Shown: positions 1 to 9,484 of the stretch, one piece after another
Numbering within the stretch: position 1 is the first letter of the stretch
Layout: the number at the start of each line of letters is the position of its first letter
Assembly: GCA_964604015.1 (NCBI GenBank)
Contig: CAZRXF010000012.1
Location: 67,068-131,067 of the forward strand
Reading direction: 5' to 3'
Source: an uncultured Pseudomonadota bacterium
Lineage (GTDB): Bacteria; Babelota; Babeliae; Babelales; CAIQNR01
Length of the DNA stretch: 64,000 nucleotides
Made by a program: the position numbers and the translations under genes
The notes under the pieces: generated by a model
The model's input: the letters and a program-made list of their open reading frames with translations, nothing else
Database searches by the model: none
What the model was told of the DNA's origin: nothing

Positions 1-612
1 CTTTCATGGTTTTTGTATGCGTTTTTATGCCTTGGTTTTGTGCGTGTTTTCTTGCACCTTAAAGATCATCAACGGGTGGATATTTCACAGATGTTTCATG
101 GTTCAGTGCAACAAGTTGTACGGTTTTCTGGTGCCGTCCTTCTCATCTTCTGTCGTATTGGTGGGTGGCTTTTTGTTGGTGCACTTGGGGTGATTGGTGT
201 TACTGCGGTTACCAAGAAGCTACTATTTCTGTCCCAGCTATCGGGGCTTTTTGTTATAGCTTTGGTCATTGCTGGGGGAGCGTTTCTTGTGTACTGGTAT
301 GTGCCGTATACTTTTTTACCATTCGTGCTTGTTGATCAACCAACGTTGGGAGTGCGTGCATCCTTAAAGCAGTGTCAGTTTCTTTGCCGTGCAAATCGTG
401 GAAAGGTGGTACTTGCCCTTGCTGCTATGTCCTCGATTCTCATTCCTCTTGTCTTGATTTTTATCGTTCCTGCCATGATTCTTGCATTACGCGTAGGAAT
501 AGGAACGACTTGGGCAGGAGCGTTGGGGCAGGCTGCTTGTATTCTGGTGATGTATCCACCATTCTTTTTATTTAACAGTTTCTTGTACAGAAAATTGGCG
601 AACAAAGAGTAG
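1..612 (+). CDS. integral membrane protein, probably 5'-truncated by window edge (hypothetical)
   Basis: Frame 1 is open from base 1 into the 13..612 ORF. Several hydrophobic helices (LLIFCRIGGWLFVGALGVIGV, LFVIALVIAGGAFLVYWYV, ILIPLVLIFIVPAMILAL). No catalytic motif recognised. An internal ATG at 91 is an alternative start. Confidence 0.5.
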   Translation, partial: LSWFLYAFLCLGFVRVFLHLKDHQRVDISQMFHGSVQQVVRFSGAVLLIFCRIGGWLFVGALGVIGVTAVTKKLLFLSQLSGLFVIALVIAGGAFLVYWYVPYTFLPFVLVDQPTLGVRASLKQCQFLCRANRGKVVLALAAMSSILIPLVLIFIVPAMILALRVGIGTTWAGALGQAACILVMYPPFFLFNSFLYRKLANKE

Positions 613-639
613 GGGTTTAGAGAGTGGCAATATACACTC

Positions 640-2430
640 TCACACAATCCGTTTAAATTTTCGTTCAATTTCAGAACTAGAAATAAGCCACTGTGTTGGC
701 CGGCCATGGGGGCACGAAAAGCGACTGTTTGTCTTTTCAAGATCTTTCAAAAGCTGCTCCATAGCTTCACGCGAAAGAGTATCTCCGGCTTTAACTGCTG
801 CTTTGCAAGCAAGTTGCGCGTGCATTTTTTCAGTAAGAATCTTAAAGAAGTCGACTGTTGGTTGTGCTCCATTTTCTTTGATCCACCCAAGAAGCTCTTG
901 GATTAATTCAGCTACAGGGACATTTTTAGCGTAGGCAGGCAGAGCGGTGACTCGTAATTGTTCAGGGCCAAACTGCTCTACAAAAATTCCCTGTTCTTGG
1001 AGTAATGAGTGATACGGAGCAAGCAGCTCAATATCTACAGAGGTAAGCGTTACTATGAGTGGAAATAAAAGTTGGATTGTTTCAGTCTTGCCAAAGTTGC
1101 TCCCAAATCGTTCATATAAAATTCGTTCATGCGCCGCGTGTTGATCGATCAATAAAAGCCCATCTTTATGTTCAAGCAAAAGATACGTGGTAGCAAACTG
1201 TCCAATAATGCGATATGACGGCTCTGGTGTTGCGGTAAGATTTTCTTCAACAAACGGTAGTTCTTCTGGGAATGCTGGCTCTAAAGCAAGAGGGGCAGTT
1301 TTTTCTGGAAAAAAGGCGGTTGAAGTTGAAATTGGTCGGTGTGATGAACTAAAAGCTGGGGCAAAAAAAGGAGGAGGCGTAGCAGGTGTAGGGGAAAAAC
1401 TTTCACGCATGCTCGGTGCTGTTCTTTGTAGATTCTGTGAAAGATGCTGTTCAAGGGTATGGGAAACTGCCTTGGTGATTGCTTGTTCAACAAGGTGAGG
1501 ATGCAGAAAAAGCACCTCTTCTTTTTTAGGGTGAATGTTCACATCAACGGTGTGAGGATCGAGTGTGAGGTGAATGACTGCCATTGGGTATTTCTGTGCT
1601 GGTAGAACATTACTAAACCCTTTCATAACGGCGCGTGCAAGCTGATAATTTTTAACCAGACGATTATTTACAAAAAAGTATAAGCCACCTCGGTCATACC
1701 TGCTGTAGTGTGGAGTGGTAATAAGACCAGTTACTGAAATTCCCTTCTCTTCAAAAGGAACAAGATCTTGCGCGCAAGAAAAAACTGCTGGATCAAAAAG
1801 TTGTCCAAAGCGCTCTTTGAGTGACCGTGCAGGAGGGCAATTATAAACCAGTGCGTCATCATGGTGCAGCGTAAAATGCACAGCCGGGTAGGTCAAACAA
1901 AATGCTTTAAAGAGTGTGGTGATTTGGTGAAATTCTGTAGCAGTAGTTTTTAGGAATTTTTTGCGAGCAGGGATGTTGTAAAAAAGGTCGTCAACAACAA
2001 AAGTAGTTCCCTGTGGTGCAGCAACAGCCTTATGAGATAGAATTTTCCCTTCCTGAATAGTAAGCCGTAGCCCTTCAAGAGCATCTTGTGTTTTGGTTGT
2101 CAGAGTAACTTTCGCAACAGCACAGACGCTTGCCAGTGCTTCTCCTCGAAAGCCAAAAGTTGCAACGTCAGGCAGGTCATCAAAAGAGCTGAGTTTGCTG
2201 GTGGCATGCCGTTCAAAGCATAAGCGTGCGTCGTTTTCTGTCATCCCCGTTCCGTTGTCGGTGATCGTCAATGATGTTTTTCCACCTTGCTTGATTCGGA
2301 GTTCAATCCGCGATGCTTGGGCGTCAATACTGTTTTCAATAAGTTCTTTAACAATGTTTGCAGGGCGTTCAACAACTTCACCGGCAGCCACTTTTTGAGC
2401 GTCTTCAGGAGATAAAAAACGAATTGCCAT
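640..2430 (-). CDS. mutL: DNA mismatch repair protein MutL (endonuclease-type)
   Basis: GHKL ATPase motifs (VVERPANIVKELIENSIDA, DNGTGM). C-terminal endonuclease motifs DQHAAHERILYE, ACKAAVKAGD, CPHGRP, FKR. ORF 640..2496 trimmed to Met23 (MAIRFLSPEDA) so it no longer overlaps the prmC stop at 2480. Confidence 0.9.
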   Translation of the reverse strand: MAIRFLSPEDAQKVAAGEVVERPANIVKELIENSIDAQASRIELRIKQGGKTSLTITDNGTGMTENDARLCFERHATSKLSSFDDLPDVATFGFRGEALASVCAVAKVTLTTKTQDALEGLRLTIQEGKILSHKAVAAPQGTTFVVDDLFYNIPARKKFLKTTATEFHQITTLFKAFCLTYPAVHFTLHHDDALVYNCPPARSLKERFGQLFDPAVFSCAQDLVPFEEKGISVTGLITTPHYSRYDRGGLYFFVNNRLVKNYQLARAVMKGFSNVLPAQKYPMAVIHLTLDPHTVDVNIHPKKEEVLFLHPHLVEQAITKAVSHTLEQHLSQNLQRTAPSMRESFSPTPATPPPFFAPAFSSSHRPISTSTAFFPEKTAPLALEPAFPEELPFVEENLTATPEPSYRIIGQFATTYLLLEHKDGLLLIDQHAAHERILYERFGSNFGKTETIQLLFPLIVTLTSVDIELLAPYHSLLQEQGIFVEQFGPEQLRVTALPAYAKNVPVAELIQELLGWIKENGAQPTVDFFKILTEKMHAQLACKAAVKAGDTLSREAMEQLLKDLEKTNSRFSCPHGRPTQWLISSSEIERKFKRIV

Positions 2431-2479
2431 ACATTTCTTTCTTGGTGCTGCATCAATCGTGCTGATGAGAGGAAGGTTT

Positions 2480-3364
2480 CTACCATCCGCTGACAACTCT
2501 GTCTCTTTGAGCGCTGTCAGGGAGTACCCTTACTGTAACAAAACCCGCATCGATAAACAATTTCCGTACTACTTCGCCCTGGTCATAACCAATTTCAATA
2601 AGAAGACGTGGAACCCCTTGGGTAGTTAAAGGTGACTGTTTGGTAAGGTGTGCAGGCGCATGACGAATAAGATTTTTGATGATTTCAAGCCCTTGCTGTG
2701 CGGCAACAAGTGCAAGACGGTCTTCCCAACGGGACACCATGGGTGAAAGTTCATGCCAGACATCGGGATTAATGTAAGGTGGATTGGCAACGATAAGATC
2801 AAAAGGAGCTTCTTCTGCAAGTGCGTCAAAAAGATCTGACTCTATAAAATGAACGTTGGTAATCTTATTGTGTTCTGCGTTGCGTGTTGCAAGCGCTAGT
2901 GCTTTGGGGGCGATATCAACGCCATATACCTGTGCTTGAGGAAGTGCGTGAGCAAGCCAGAGGGCGATGCATCCTGAACCGGTACACAGATCAAGAATAC
3001 GTAAAGGGGTTTGTGAAACAGGTTCTAATGCGGTAAGTAACCGTGCACACCATTCTTCTGTTTCGGGACGAGGGATCAGGGTTGGAGCTTCAACAAGAAT
3101 TTCTAAGGGACCAAAAGGGACTGATCCTAAAAGATATTGCAATGGGTAGTGTTCAACGGTATGAGCATGGATCCATTGGTTCAGTTGCTCTTCCTGGGCT
3201 GTCGTAAGTGTTACTGTTGGTTCAAGAAGAAGGTGCGAACGTTTCTTTTTAGTAATTCCCTCTAAAAGCCACCATGCAACGGTGTGAGCATGCATACTGC
3301 TTTCGTACTGTGGCTCAAGAAGAGCGCTTAGTTCTTGAATGAGGACGCGAACAGAATGATTCAT
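2480..3364 (-). CDS. prmC: peptide chain release factor N5-glutamine methyltransferase (PrmC/HemK)
   Basis: SAM-binding LDLCTGSGCIAL and catalytic NPPY (IVANPPYI). Length 294 aa, typical of the family. Confidence 0.9.
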   Translation of the reverse strand: MNHSVRVLIQELSALLEPQYESSMHAHTVAWWLLEGITKKKRSHLLLEPTVTLTTAQEEQLNQWIHAHTVEHYPLQYLLGSVPFGPLEILVEAPTLIPRPETEEWCARLLTALEPVSQTPLRILDLCTGSGCIALWLAHALPQAQVYGVDIAPKALALATRNAEHNKITNVHFIESDLFDALAEEAPFDLIVANPPYINPDVWHELSPMVSRWEDRLALVAAQQGLEIIKNLIRHAPAHLTKQSPLTTQGVPRLLIEIGYDQGEVVRKLFIDAGFVTVRVLPDSAQRDRVVSGW

Positions 3365-3675
3365 GCTGGCTCACTTTCTGAATCTGGCTCTGAAGAATCC
3401 GCCTCTGAGAGTTTTGCAAGATCCTGAACAACAGCAGCAAGTTCTTTTGCCAAAGCAGTTTCGTCGTCAGTCAGCTCTGTCAGTGATTCGAGTGGTTTAG
3501 GAGTTGGTTGCTGTGCATCAGAAGCGTTTGAGGTGAAAGGATCGGGCGTTTCTGGATTTTGTGATGCGGTTAGGATCGCCTGTCTGTCTTGCATCATCTT
3601 ATCAAAGAGAGAATTCCTGGCAGATACAAGGTAGACGATCGAAAGAGATGCTACGAGCAGCGGTAATTTCTTCAT
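3361..3675 (-). CDS. hypothetical secreted acidic protein
   Basis: Start moved to Met10 (MKKLPLLVASLSIVYLVSA, signal-peptide-like), which is preceded by GAGGAG. Acidic low-complexity C-terminus (SEADSSEPDSESEPA). Its 3' end overlaps the prmC start by 4 nt. Confidence 0.5.
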   Translation of the reverse strand: MKKLPLLVASLSIVYLVSARNSLFDKMMQDRQAILTASQNPETPDPFTSNASDAQQPTPKPLESLTELTDDETALAKELAAVVQDLAKLSEADSSEPDSESEPA

Positions 3676-3753
3676 AAGACTCCTCAAGGCTATGGTTTCC
3701 ATACTGTACTAGCATCGGGAATGTGTCGCAATTTTTTCAATCATTTAGGAGTT

Positions 3754-4368
3754 TTATAGCGTATTCAAAATGAAATCTGCTCGACTCATGAAGATTTTTA
3801 ACTTCCGATAATCATCTCCTGTTGCAAGTGACACAGTTTCAGCAAAGGAAAGAAACGATTCAGCAGAAAGAAGTCCGAGCTCTTTCTTAGTTCTCAGCAA
3901 AGCAAGGAGCAGTTCATCAAGTACCGTGATCTCAGGTGCGTTAAAAAGAAGGTGTAAGTACAGGTTTGATGCAAAAAAGTGACGCGCCTGTATCGGGGTG
4001 GCATGGTGAACGAAGGCATGCATCTTTGCCGGTTCTGGTCCCATTTGGTACACAAGGGTCTCGTTTGTAGAAAATCCTACAACCAGGCATGAAAAGGTTG
4101 TTTGCAAGAATTCAAAGATTTGGGGTTGCTCAGCCAGGAGCTCTTCTTCTGTCTTTTGAAAGGTAAAGGGATAGCGCCCCGCATCAGAAGAGCCCGTTTG
4201 TACGGTATAGACAATGCCAAACAGGGTTCTTTGTTTCGTTTCAACCGTGACTAATGAGCCAAATGAAGGGAAATAATCCCAGTGCCAACTTTGGGCATGA
4301 AATGAAGACAGTGAGCTATGGGTGACTTCAGCAAAAGAGTGAGGTCTGCTTGTCTGAGCTTGATTCAT
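3754..4368 (-). CDS. hypothetical protein
   Basis: About 204-aa ORF in the co-directional rnhB-to-mutL string. AAAGGA lies upstream of Met3. Overlaps the rnhB 3' end by about 40 nt. No motif recognised. Confidence 0.5.
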   Translation of the reverse strand: MNQAQTSRPHSFAEVTHSSLSSFHAQSWHWDYFPSFGSLVTVETKQRTLFGIVYTVQTGSSDAGRYPFTFQKTEEELLAEQPQIFEFLQTTFSCLVVGFSTNETLVYQMGPEPAKMHAFVHHATPIQARHFFASNLYLHLLFNAPEITVLDELLLALLRTKKELGLLSAESFLSFAETVSLATGDDYRKLKIFMSRADFILNTL

Positions 4369-5047
4369 CAACATTCCTTTCTTGGGTGATGAAATTTTTC
4401 AAAAAAGTGGTGCGATGCAGTAATGAGGCGCCGTGGGTACCAACTTCTTGTTGATGTTTATCAGTGGCGTAGCCCTTGTGAGAGCTCAGGGTATAGGAAG
4501 GGAATGAACGTTCCAGGCGGGAAATAAGCTCATCACGCTTAACTTTTGCCAAAATTGAGGCAGCTGCAATAGAAATTGAGCGGCTTTCTCCATAGGGGAA
4601 CGAGAGAATCTCGGGGGCAGAGGGCAGAAAAGGAACCTGGAGGGGCATAGCATCAATAACAATGAGCTCAGGGTACATGGCAGCAGGAAGAACAGAATAG
4701 AGCCCGTAAAGGGCCTGTTTCATGGCGATTTTGGTTGCCTGGTAGATGTTAACTCTATCAATTTCGTGGCTATCCACGATCCCGTAGCTAAACCAGCTAT
4801 TTTCGATGATCCACTCGGTAGCCTTAACCCGTTTGTTTTCAGTCAGAATTTTAGAGTCTTTTAAAAGGGGGTGGGAGGAAAAGGGGAAAAGAACGACTGC
4901 GGCGGTGACTACAGGGCCTGCTAAACACCCCCTTCCAACCTCGTCTATACCACAGACATAAGCTTGTTTTTTCCAAGCAGCCTGTTCATAGAGGGTTGGA
5001 TTGGGCTTTTTCTGCAGGGGGGTAGGCTTATTTAAAATCTTTTCCAT
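4328..5047 (-). CDS. rnhB: ribonuclease HII
   Basis: Signature CGIDEVGRGCLAGPVV (GIDEAGRG-type metal site). Also SIAAASILAKVKRD and HKGYATDKH motifs typical of RNase HII. Confidence 0.9.
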   Translation of the reverse strand: MEKILNKPTPLQKKPNPTLYEQAAWKKQAYVCGIDEVGRGCLAGPVVTAAVVLFPFSSHPLLKDSKILTENKRVKATEWIIENSWFSYGIVDSHEIDRVNIYQATKIAMKQALYGLYSVLPAAMYPELIVIDAMPLQVPFLPSAPEILSFPYGESRSISIAAASILAKVKRDELISRLERSFPSYTLSSHKGYATDKHQQEVGTHGASLLHRTTFLKNFITQERNVDESSSDKQTSLFC

Positions 5048-5171
5048 TTGACAACTATATGTTTGTCTGTACTCTATTAGAAATATACGCAGATGGTTTT
5101 TACCAGTTAGATGAGCTCTTTATGTGCCATAGAATTAAAGAGAGTAAAACTTTGTAAGAAGGAGTCAAATT

Positions 5172-5843
5172 ATGTCATCGACCGCCTTACGTGTAAAAGA
5201 GTTGTTGCGAGAAAAGGGTTGGACGACCAAAGTACTCGCAGAAAAGACCGGGATGTCCGAAAGTTACCTGACCCACATTAAAAATGGGACCAGGCGCTGG
5301 AATGAAGACTCCCTTAAAAAGCTTGCCAATGCTTTCGAAATTACCCCGATAGATCTTTTTGCTGAAAGACGCAAAAGAACGGACAATATCGATAATAATG
5401 TGAGTATGCCACAACATTCTGATGTTGAGCTCAAAGTGCAAGTGGTTCCAGTGGTCGGTGAGATCCCTTCTAACCCATCTCCTTATAATAACCAGCTTAT
5501 GCAAACGACAACTGGCTACAAAGATGTGTTTGTTCCGACTTTAAATTCGAACGATGCGGCTATGTTTGCGCTTGCCGTTGACAACAATTTGCTCGCTCCT
5601 GCCTTTGTAAAAGGGGACTTGCTTATTGTTTCTCCTGAAATTTGGACCCGCTCTGGTGATATCGCTGCCGTTGAATTCGGCAATGACGCTCCAGTAAAGG
5701 CTGTTATGCAAGTGACCTTTAGCGAAGACTTTATTGTGCTTGAGTCTCCAAGCAGAAAACAAGCTCCTGTCGCTTTGGTTCGGGGAAAAGATCATTTCAG
5801 GATTATTGGTCGCGTGATTCAACGCATCCAAAAGTTCGTTTAA
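5172..5843 (+). CDS. XRE-family HTH repressor with LexA/S24-like C-terminal domain (nucleophile Ser replaced)
   Basis: N-terminal Cro/C1-type HTH (WTTKVLAEKTGMSESYLTHIKNGTRRW). The C-terminal stretch aligns by eye to the LexA cleavage domain (FALAVDNNLLAPAFVKGDLLIV; DIAAVEF..APVKAV). AAGGAG lies 8 nt upstream. Confidence 0.8.
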   Translation: MSSTALRVKELLREKGWTTKVLAEKTGMSESYLTHIKNGTRRWNEDSLKKLANAFEITPIDLFAERRKRTDNIDNNVSMPQHSDVELKVQVVPVVGEIPSNPSPYNNQLMQTTTGYKDVFVPTLNSNDAAMFALAVDNNLLAPAFVKGDLLIVSPEIWTRSGDIAAVEFGNDAPVKAVMQVTFSEDFIVLESPSRKQAPVALVRGKDHFRIIGRVIQRIQKFV

Positions 5844-5875
5844 GCTTTCTGCTTGCCAAAAACTTGAATAAGAGG

Positions 5876-5906
5876 CTCCAGATGATGTCTGGGGCTATCT
5901 TTTTTT
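5876..5906 (+). terminator. putative intrinsic terminator
   Basis: Stem ctccaga/tctgggg (one G-U pair), 5-nt loop, then ctatc and a T7 run, about 30 nt after the stop at 5843. Confidence 0.5.
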
Positions 5907-6019
5907 GAAGGTCCTGGTACCTTAAATACCTAGCAGTTTGCTAAATAAAAAAACCTGAGTGTTGATTTATAATGCCGCGCTGTTGCGGCGTTTCCACTTA
6001 GTAAACCATAAGGGTGTCA

Positions 6020-6556
6020 ATGAATCGTTACGAGATTCTCATCTTAACCGTCCCTCATATGACTGAGGACGAGTCTGCCGCTATCGAACGCGGTATCGAA
6101 AAAATCGCAAAAGGTATTCCTGGTAGCACGCTTCTTTCCTATGACAAATGGGGTAAGTGCAGATTGGCTTATGCTATCAATGATCATGAGTACGGTCTTT
6201 ATTTCTTGGTGCGCTTTGAATTAGCAGATCCAAAGAAACTTTTTGATGAAGTGCATGCGCTTCTGACGACCAAGTACAATGAGTCAGTTATTCGCCTTTT
6301 AACAAAGAAAATGGATCCAAAAGAGCCATTGGTGTACCAACGCACTGAAGTTGTTGAAGAAACACGCGATGTCGGCGATTTCTTGCGTCGCAACAAAATG
6401 GAAGGCTTGCTGTCTTCCGTTCCTGGTGAAGGTGGCGAACGTTCTGAAGGACGCGGTGATAGACCTCGTTATTCTTCTTACAACCGCCGTCCACGCAGAG
6501 AAGAATCTTTCTCTTCAGCTGAAAAACCAAGCAACGATACAGAAGCAGGTGCATAA
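6020..6556 (+). CDS. rpsF: 30S ribosomal protein S6 with long Arg/Ser/Glu-rich C-terminal tail
   Basis: [12 protein letters not shown]..., [19 protein letters not shown] are S6-like. ATG at 6020 is preceded by TAAGGG. The stop overlaps the rpsR start. Confidence 0.9.
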   Translation: MNRYEILILTVPHMTEDESAAIERGIEKIAKGIPGSTLLSYDKWGKCRLAYAINDHEYGLYFLVRFELADPKKLFDEVHALLTTKYNESVIRLLTKKMDPKEPLVYQRTEVVEETRDVGDFLRRNKMEGLLSSVPGEGGERSEGRGDRPRYSSYNRRPRREESFSSAEKPSNDTEAGA

Positions 6557-6843
6557 TGACCAAGAAAATGAAATTAAAGGTAAGTGCTCGCCTTTTAAAA
6601 AAGAAGAGCCGTCGTGGTACTTCTAACCAAAGAAAGCAATGCCGCTTTTGTGCTGGTCCAGAACAAGAAATCTTGCTGAACTACAAAAACTCGCACATTC
6701 TCAGACATTTTTTGACTGAGCGTGGAAAGATTTTGCCTTCACGCATTTCAGGTAATTGCGCATTCCATCAACGTGGATTGGGCGATGCGATCAAATGTGC
6801 TCGCACCATGGCACTTCTGCCATACTGTTCATCTCGCTACTAA
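6556..6843 (+). CDS. rpsR: 30S ribosomal protein S18
   Basis: RKQCRFCAG..., [33 protein letters not shown] is the canonical S18 core. Overlaps the rpsF stop by 1 nt. Confidence 0.92.
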   Translation: MTKKMKLKVSARLLKKKSRRGTSNQRKQCRFCAGPEQEILLNYKNSHILRHFLTERGKILPSRISGNCAFHQRGLGDAIKCARTMALLPYCSSRY

Positions 6844-6869
6844 CGAGATTGTATCAGTAGCTTCTTACT

Positions 6870-7643
6870 ATGAAACATTCGTACAAGCTCGTTCTTGCTT
6901 ATGATGGGACTGATTATTACGGCTGGCAAAGGCAAAAAGAGCATCGTTCTGTTGATGCAGTAGTAAGAAAAACTTTTTTGAGAAGCTTCTTTCAAAAGGA
7001 TCTCCTTTTGGTGGGAGCTTCTCGTACTGATGCGGGTGTTCATGCTCGTGGTCAGGTGGTTCGCATCAGAACCGCACTTCCTCTTCCTCCTGAAAAAATT
7101 CTTTTTGTACTCAATCGAGCATTACCGCAAGATATTAAAGTGTTGTCTTGTGAGTCGGTGGATGCAGTGTTTCATCCGCAGCGTAATGTGGTGCGTAAAA
7201 CCTATTCCTATACGTTTTCTTTAGAAAAAGTATCTCCCATGGAAACGCGTTACAGCTGGCAGTTTCCTCATGAGCTTTGTTTTAATCGATTGCAGGAAGC
7301 GCTTTCGATATTTATTGGAACGCATGATTTCAGGAATTTTTGTCGTGAAATAGAGGACAAAATAACGATACGTACTATTGAACAGATTAGAGTCGAGCGT
7401 TCTGCGTGTGGCAAGAAATGCACTATTTTTATTACGGGTCCTTCATTTTTGCGTCACATGATTCGAAGAATTGTCGGGGGATCACTTGCAGTTGCAAGTT
7501 CAGATACCTTGTCTGTTTCTGATTTACAGAAGTTATTGGATGGTACTTCTGAATGCGTAAAATTAATGGTTACTGCGCCGGCACAAGGGTTGTGTCTAGA
7601 GTCGATTGAATATGAATCTGTAAAGCCAACGATGGGCATCTAA
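6870..7643 (+). CDS. truA: tRNA pseudouridine38-40 synthase TruA
   Basis: GTDYYGWQRQ and the catalytic-Asp motif ASRTDAGVHARGQVV. 257 aa. Confidence 0.9.
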   Translation: MKHSYKLVLAYDGTDYYGWQRQKEHRSVDAVVRKTFLRSFFQKDLLLVGASRTDAGVHARGQVVRIRTALPLPPEKILFVLNRALPQDIKVLSCESVDAVFHPQRNVVRKTYSYTFSLEKVSPMETRYSWQFPHELCFNRLQEALSIFIGTHDFRNFCREIEDKITIRTIEQIRVERSACGKKCTIFITGPSFLRHMIRRIVGGSLAVASSDTLSVSDLQKLLDGTSECVKLMVTAPAQGLCLESIEYESVKPTMGI

Positions 7644-7771
7644 GTTGATTCTTATAAAGTATTGGGTGGAATGGTTCTTGTTTTGATAGTTTTATGTGTG
7701 TTGTATAGGGTGTTAGCTCCTGAAGAAGGTAACTAACAAGGGATGTAAAACAAAACGGAGTGAGAAGGTAT

Positions 7772-8353
7772 ATGGTATTAGGAAAACGAACGATAAAAGT
7801 AGCGGTTTTAGCAGTCGGTCTTGTTCTTGGTGGGTACTATGGCTACCAGTGGTATCAAAGTTACAGCAGTGAGCAGGGTGATATTCGCTCGTACAAGGCT
7901 GGGATAGACGAACAGTACATCAAACGAGAGTTTCAGGAAAATTGGTATACCTTGATTGCAAATCCTTCCTATGATGTTGATTTTATGCTTCAAAGAAGGG
8001 CTCCTAATAACTACGAGCCGCAATACTTTGGGAAAATGGACATCAAGATGTTGTATCATGACAATCGACCGATTGGATTTATCACCTACTACATGCAAAC
8101 AAGCTACCAAGGTGACATTCTCTTCTTAGTGATAGATAAAGAGTTCAGAGGTAAGCGCTATGGTGAAAAATTACTGAACTATGCCTTCGACCAGATGAAA
8201 AAAGAGGGTGCAAAAACAGTTAAGATCTTCACAAGAACGGAAAACACGGCGGCACAGCGTTTGTATACGCGCATCGGCTTTGTAGAAACAGGCCGTCTTT
8301 CAAAAGATATTCAGCCAAAAGAAGGCGGAATTTTCTATCGCAAAGAACTGTAG
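7772..8353 (+). CDS. GNAT-family N-acetyltransferase with N-terminal membrane anchor
   Basis: Acetyl-CoA motif A (FRGKRYGEKLLNYAF) and AAQRLYTRIGF. N-terminal TM segment VAVLAVGLVLGGYYGY. ATG at Met5 follows GAGAAGG. Confidence 0.75.
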   Translation: MVLGKRTIKVAVLAVGLVLGGYYGYQWYQSYSSEQGDIRSYKAGIDEQYIKREFQENWYTLIANPSYDVDFMLQRRAPNNYEPQYFGKMDIKMLYHDNRPIGFITYYMQTSYQGDILFLVIDKEFRGKRYGEKLLNYAFDQMKKEGAKTVKIFTRTENTAAQRLYTRIGFVETGRLSKDIQPKEGGIFYRKEL

Positions 8354-8374
8354 AAAATTAAAGAGTATCGATAA

Positions 8375-8406
8375 TAAAAAAGGCTCTGTAAAAAGAGCCT
8401 TTTTTA
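8375..8406. terminator. bidirectional intrinsic terminator between convergent genes
   Basis: A-run, perfect stem aggctct/agagcct with a 6-nt loop, then a T-run. Sits between the stops at 8353 (+) and 8427 (-). Confidence 0.65.
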
Positions 8407-8426
8407 TTATGCATATTCAGGAGATG

Positions 8427-8816
8427 TTATTTTTGGCTAGAAGCGTTTGTCGCTTGAGTAGCAATGGCAGCGGCTTTTGCTGCACGAGCTGCTTGTCGAG
8501 CAGTTACTCGTTGCATTATTTGACTTGCTGTATAGCGTGAATGATGTGTTTTTCCGTTGCCCCTTCTCAATCCACGAGTATCAGTTCCTTCATGCTCCAT
8601 TTTTGCACTTTCAACAGTGCGTTCTTGGCCTCTTACTCGTTGCTGGGATAGCTGAGAATCTTTTGGGTGTTTACGAGCGAAATTACTGCTACCTTCTAAT
8701 GTGGCCCTTTGATCTTTTCGAGAAAGAGATCGGTCTACAGGAAACTCTGCTTTGTCTGAGGCATAAGCAGTCAGTGAAACAAGAGAAAAAGCTAATGCGG
8801 TCATTGTCTTGATCAT
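8427..8816 (-). CDS. hypothetical small secreted basic protein (paralog of 8880..9329)
   Basis: Signal peptide MTALAFSLVSLTAYASD matches MALFFSLASLTAYGSD of the neighbour. Arg/Gln/Ala-rich mature part. Confidence 0.5.
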   Translation of the reverse strand: MIKTMTALAFSLVSLTAYASDKAEFPVDRSLSRKDQRATLEGSSNFARKHPKDSQLSQQRVRGQERTVESAKMEHEGTDTRGLRRGNGKTHHSRYTASQIMQRVTARQAARAAKAAAIATQATNASSQK

Positions 8817-8879
8817 AAAGTACCTATCTAAAAATAATAAAAGCCCTAGGAGAGCTTTTAACGATGTGTAGGAGTATTT

Positions 8880-9329
8880 TTACTCGCCTTGTTTTGCGTC
8901 AGCTGCTCTTCGAGCGGTGATAGCCAATGTGCGGGCGCTAACTTTTTTTCCAAATGCTGCTGAAGGAAGCGGAGAGTTTAACGTTCTGTTCTGTTCTAAG
9001 GCGGACTGGGGAAGGCATTTTTTAGGTGAAGTGCTTCGTGATCGGGCAGCTTCTTCTTGTTGATTTCTTTCTTCTTCTAAAGCAGCAGCACTTTGAGTTC
9101 TTGCAAGATCGTTTCTTTTACGTTGTGCTGCTCGTTTAACTTGTCGTTCACTCCACTGTGCGTCGAAATCGAATTGGCCTTCGAATTTGGCAAGAGCCTG
9201 AGCAGATTGCGCAGAAATACCACTATCTCGACCATTGTATTCGCTGTCTGAATAGTCGTCCTCTGAGTAATCTGAACCATAGGCAGTCAGTGAAGCGAGT
9301 GAAAAAAACAATGCCATGTATTGTTTCAT
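8880..9329 (-). CDS. hypothetical small secreted basic protein (paralog of 8427..8816)
   Basis: AAAGGA lies 7 nt upstream. Signal peptide shared with the neighbour. C-terminal ITARRAADAKQ resembles VTARQAARAAKA. Confidence 0.55.
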   Translation of the reverse strand: MKQYMALFFSLASLTAYGSDYSEDDYSDSEYNGRDSGISAQSAQALAKFEGQFDFDAQWSERQVKRAAQRKRNDLARTQSAAALEEERNQQEEAARSRSTSPKKCLPQSALEQNRTLNSPLPSAAFGKKVSARTLAITARRAADAKQGE

Positions 9330-9484
9330 AACAAAATCCTTTTAGTAATTTGAAATATAAGAAGCGATTAGTATAAATATTTTTTTTAGGTTTAATAGAG
9401 ATTTCTAAAAGAAATGAGCGACATTTTTATCGACTTGGCCAGAGGGCATTGAATTTCTTCAGGGTGAACAACGAGAGGGCGTAA

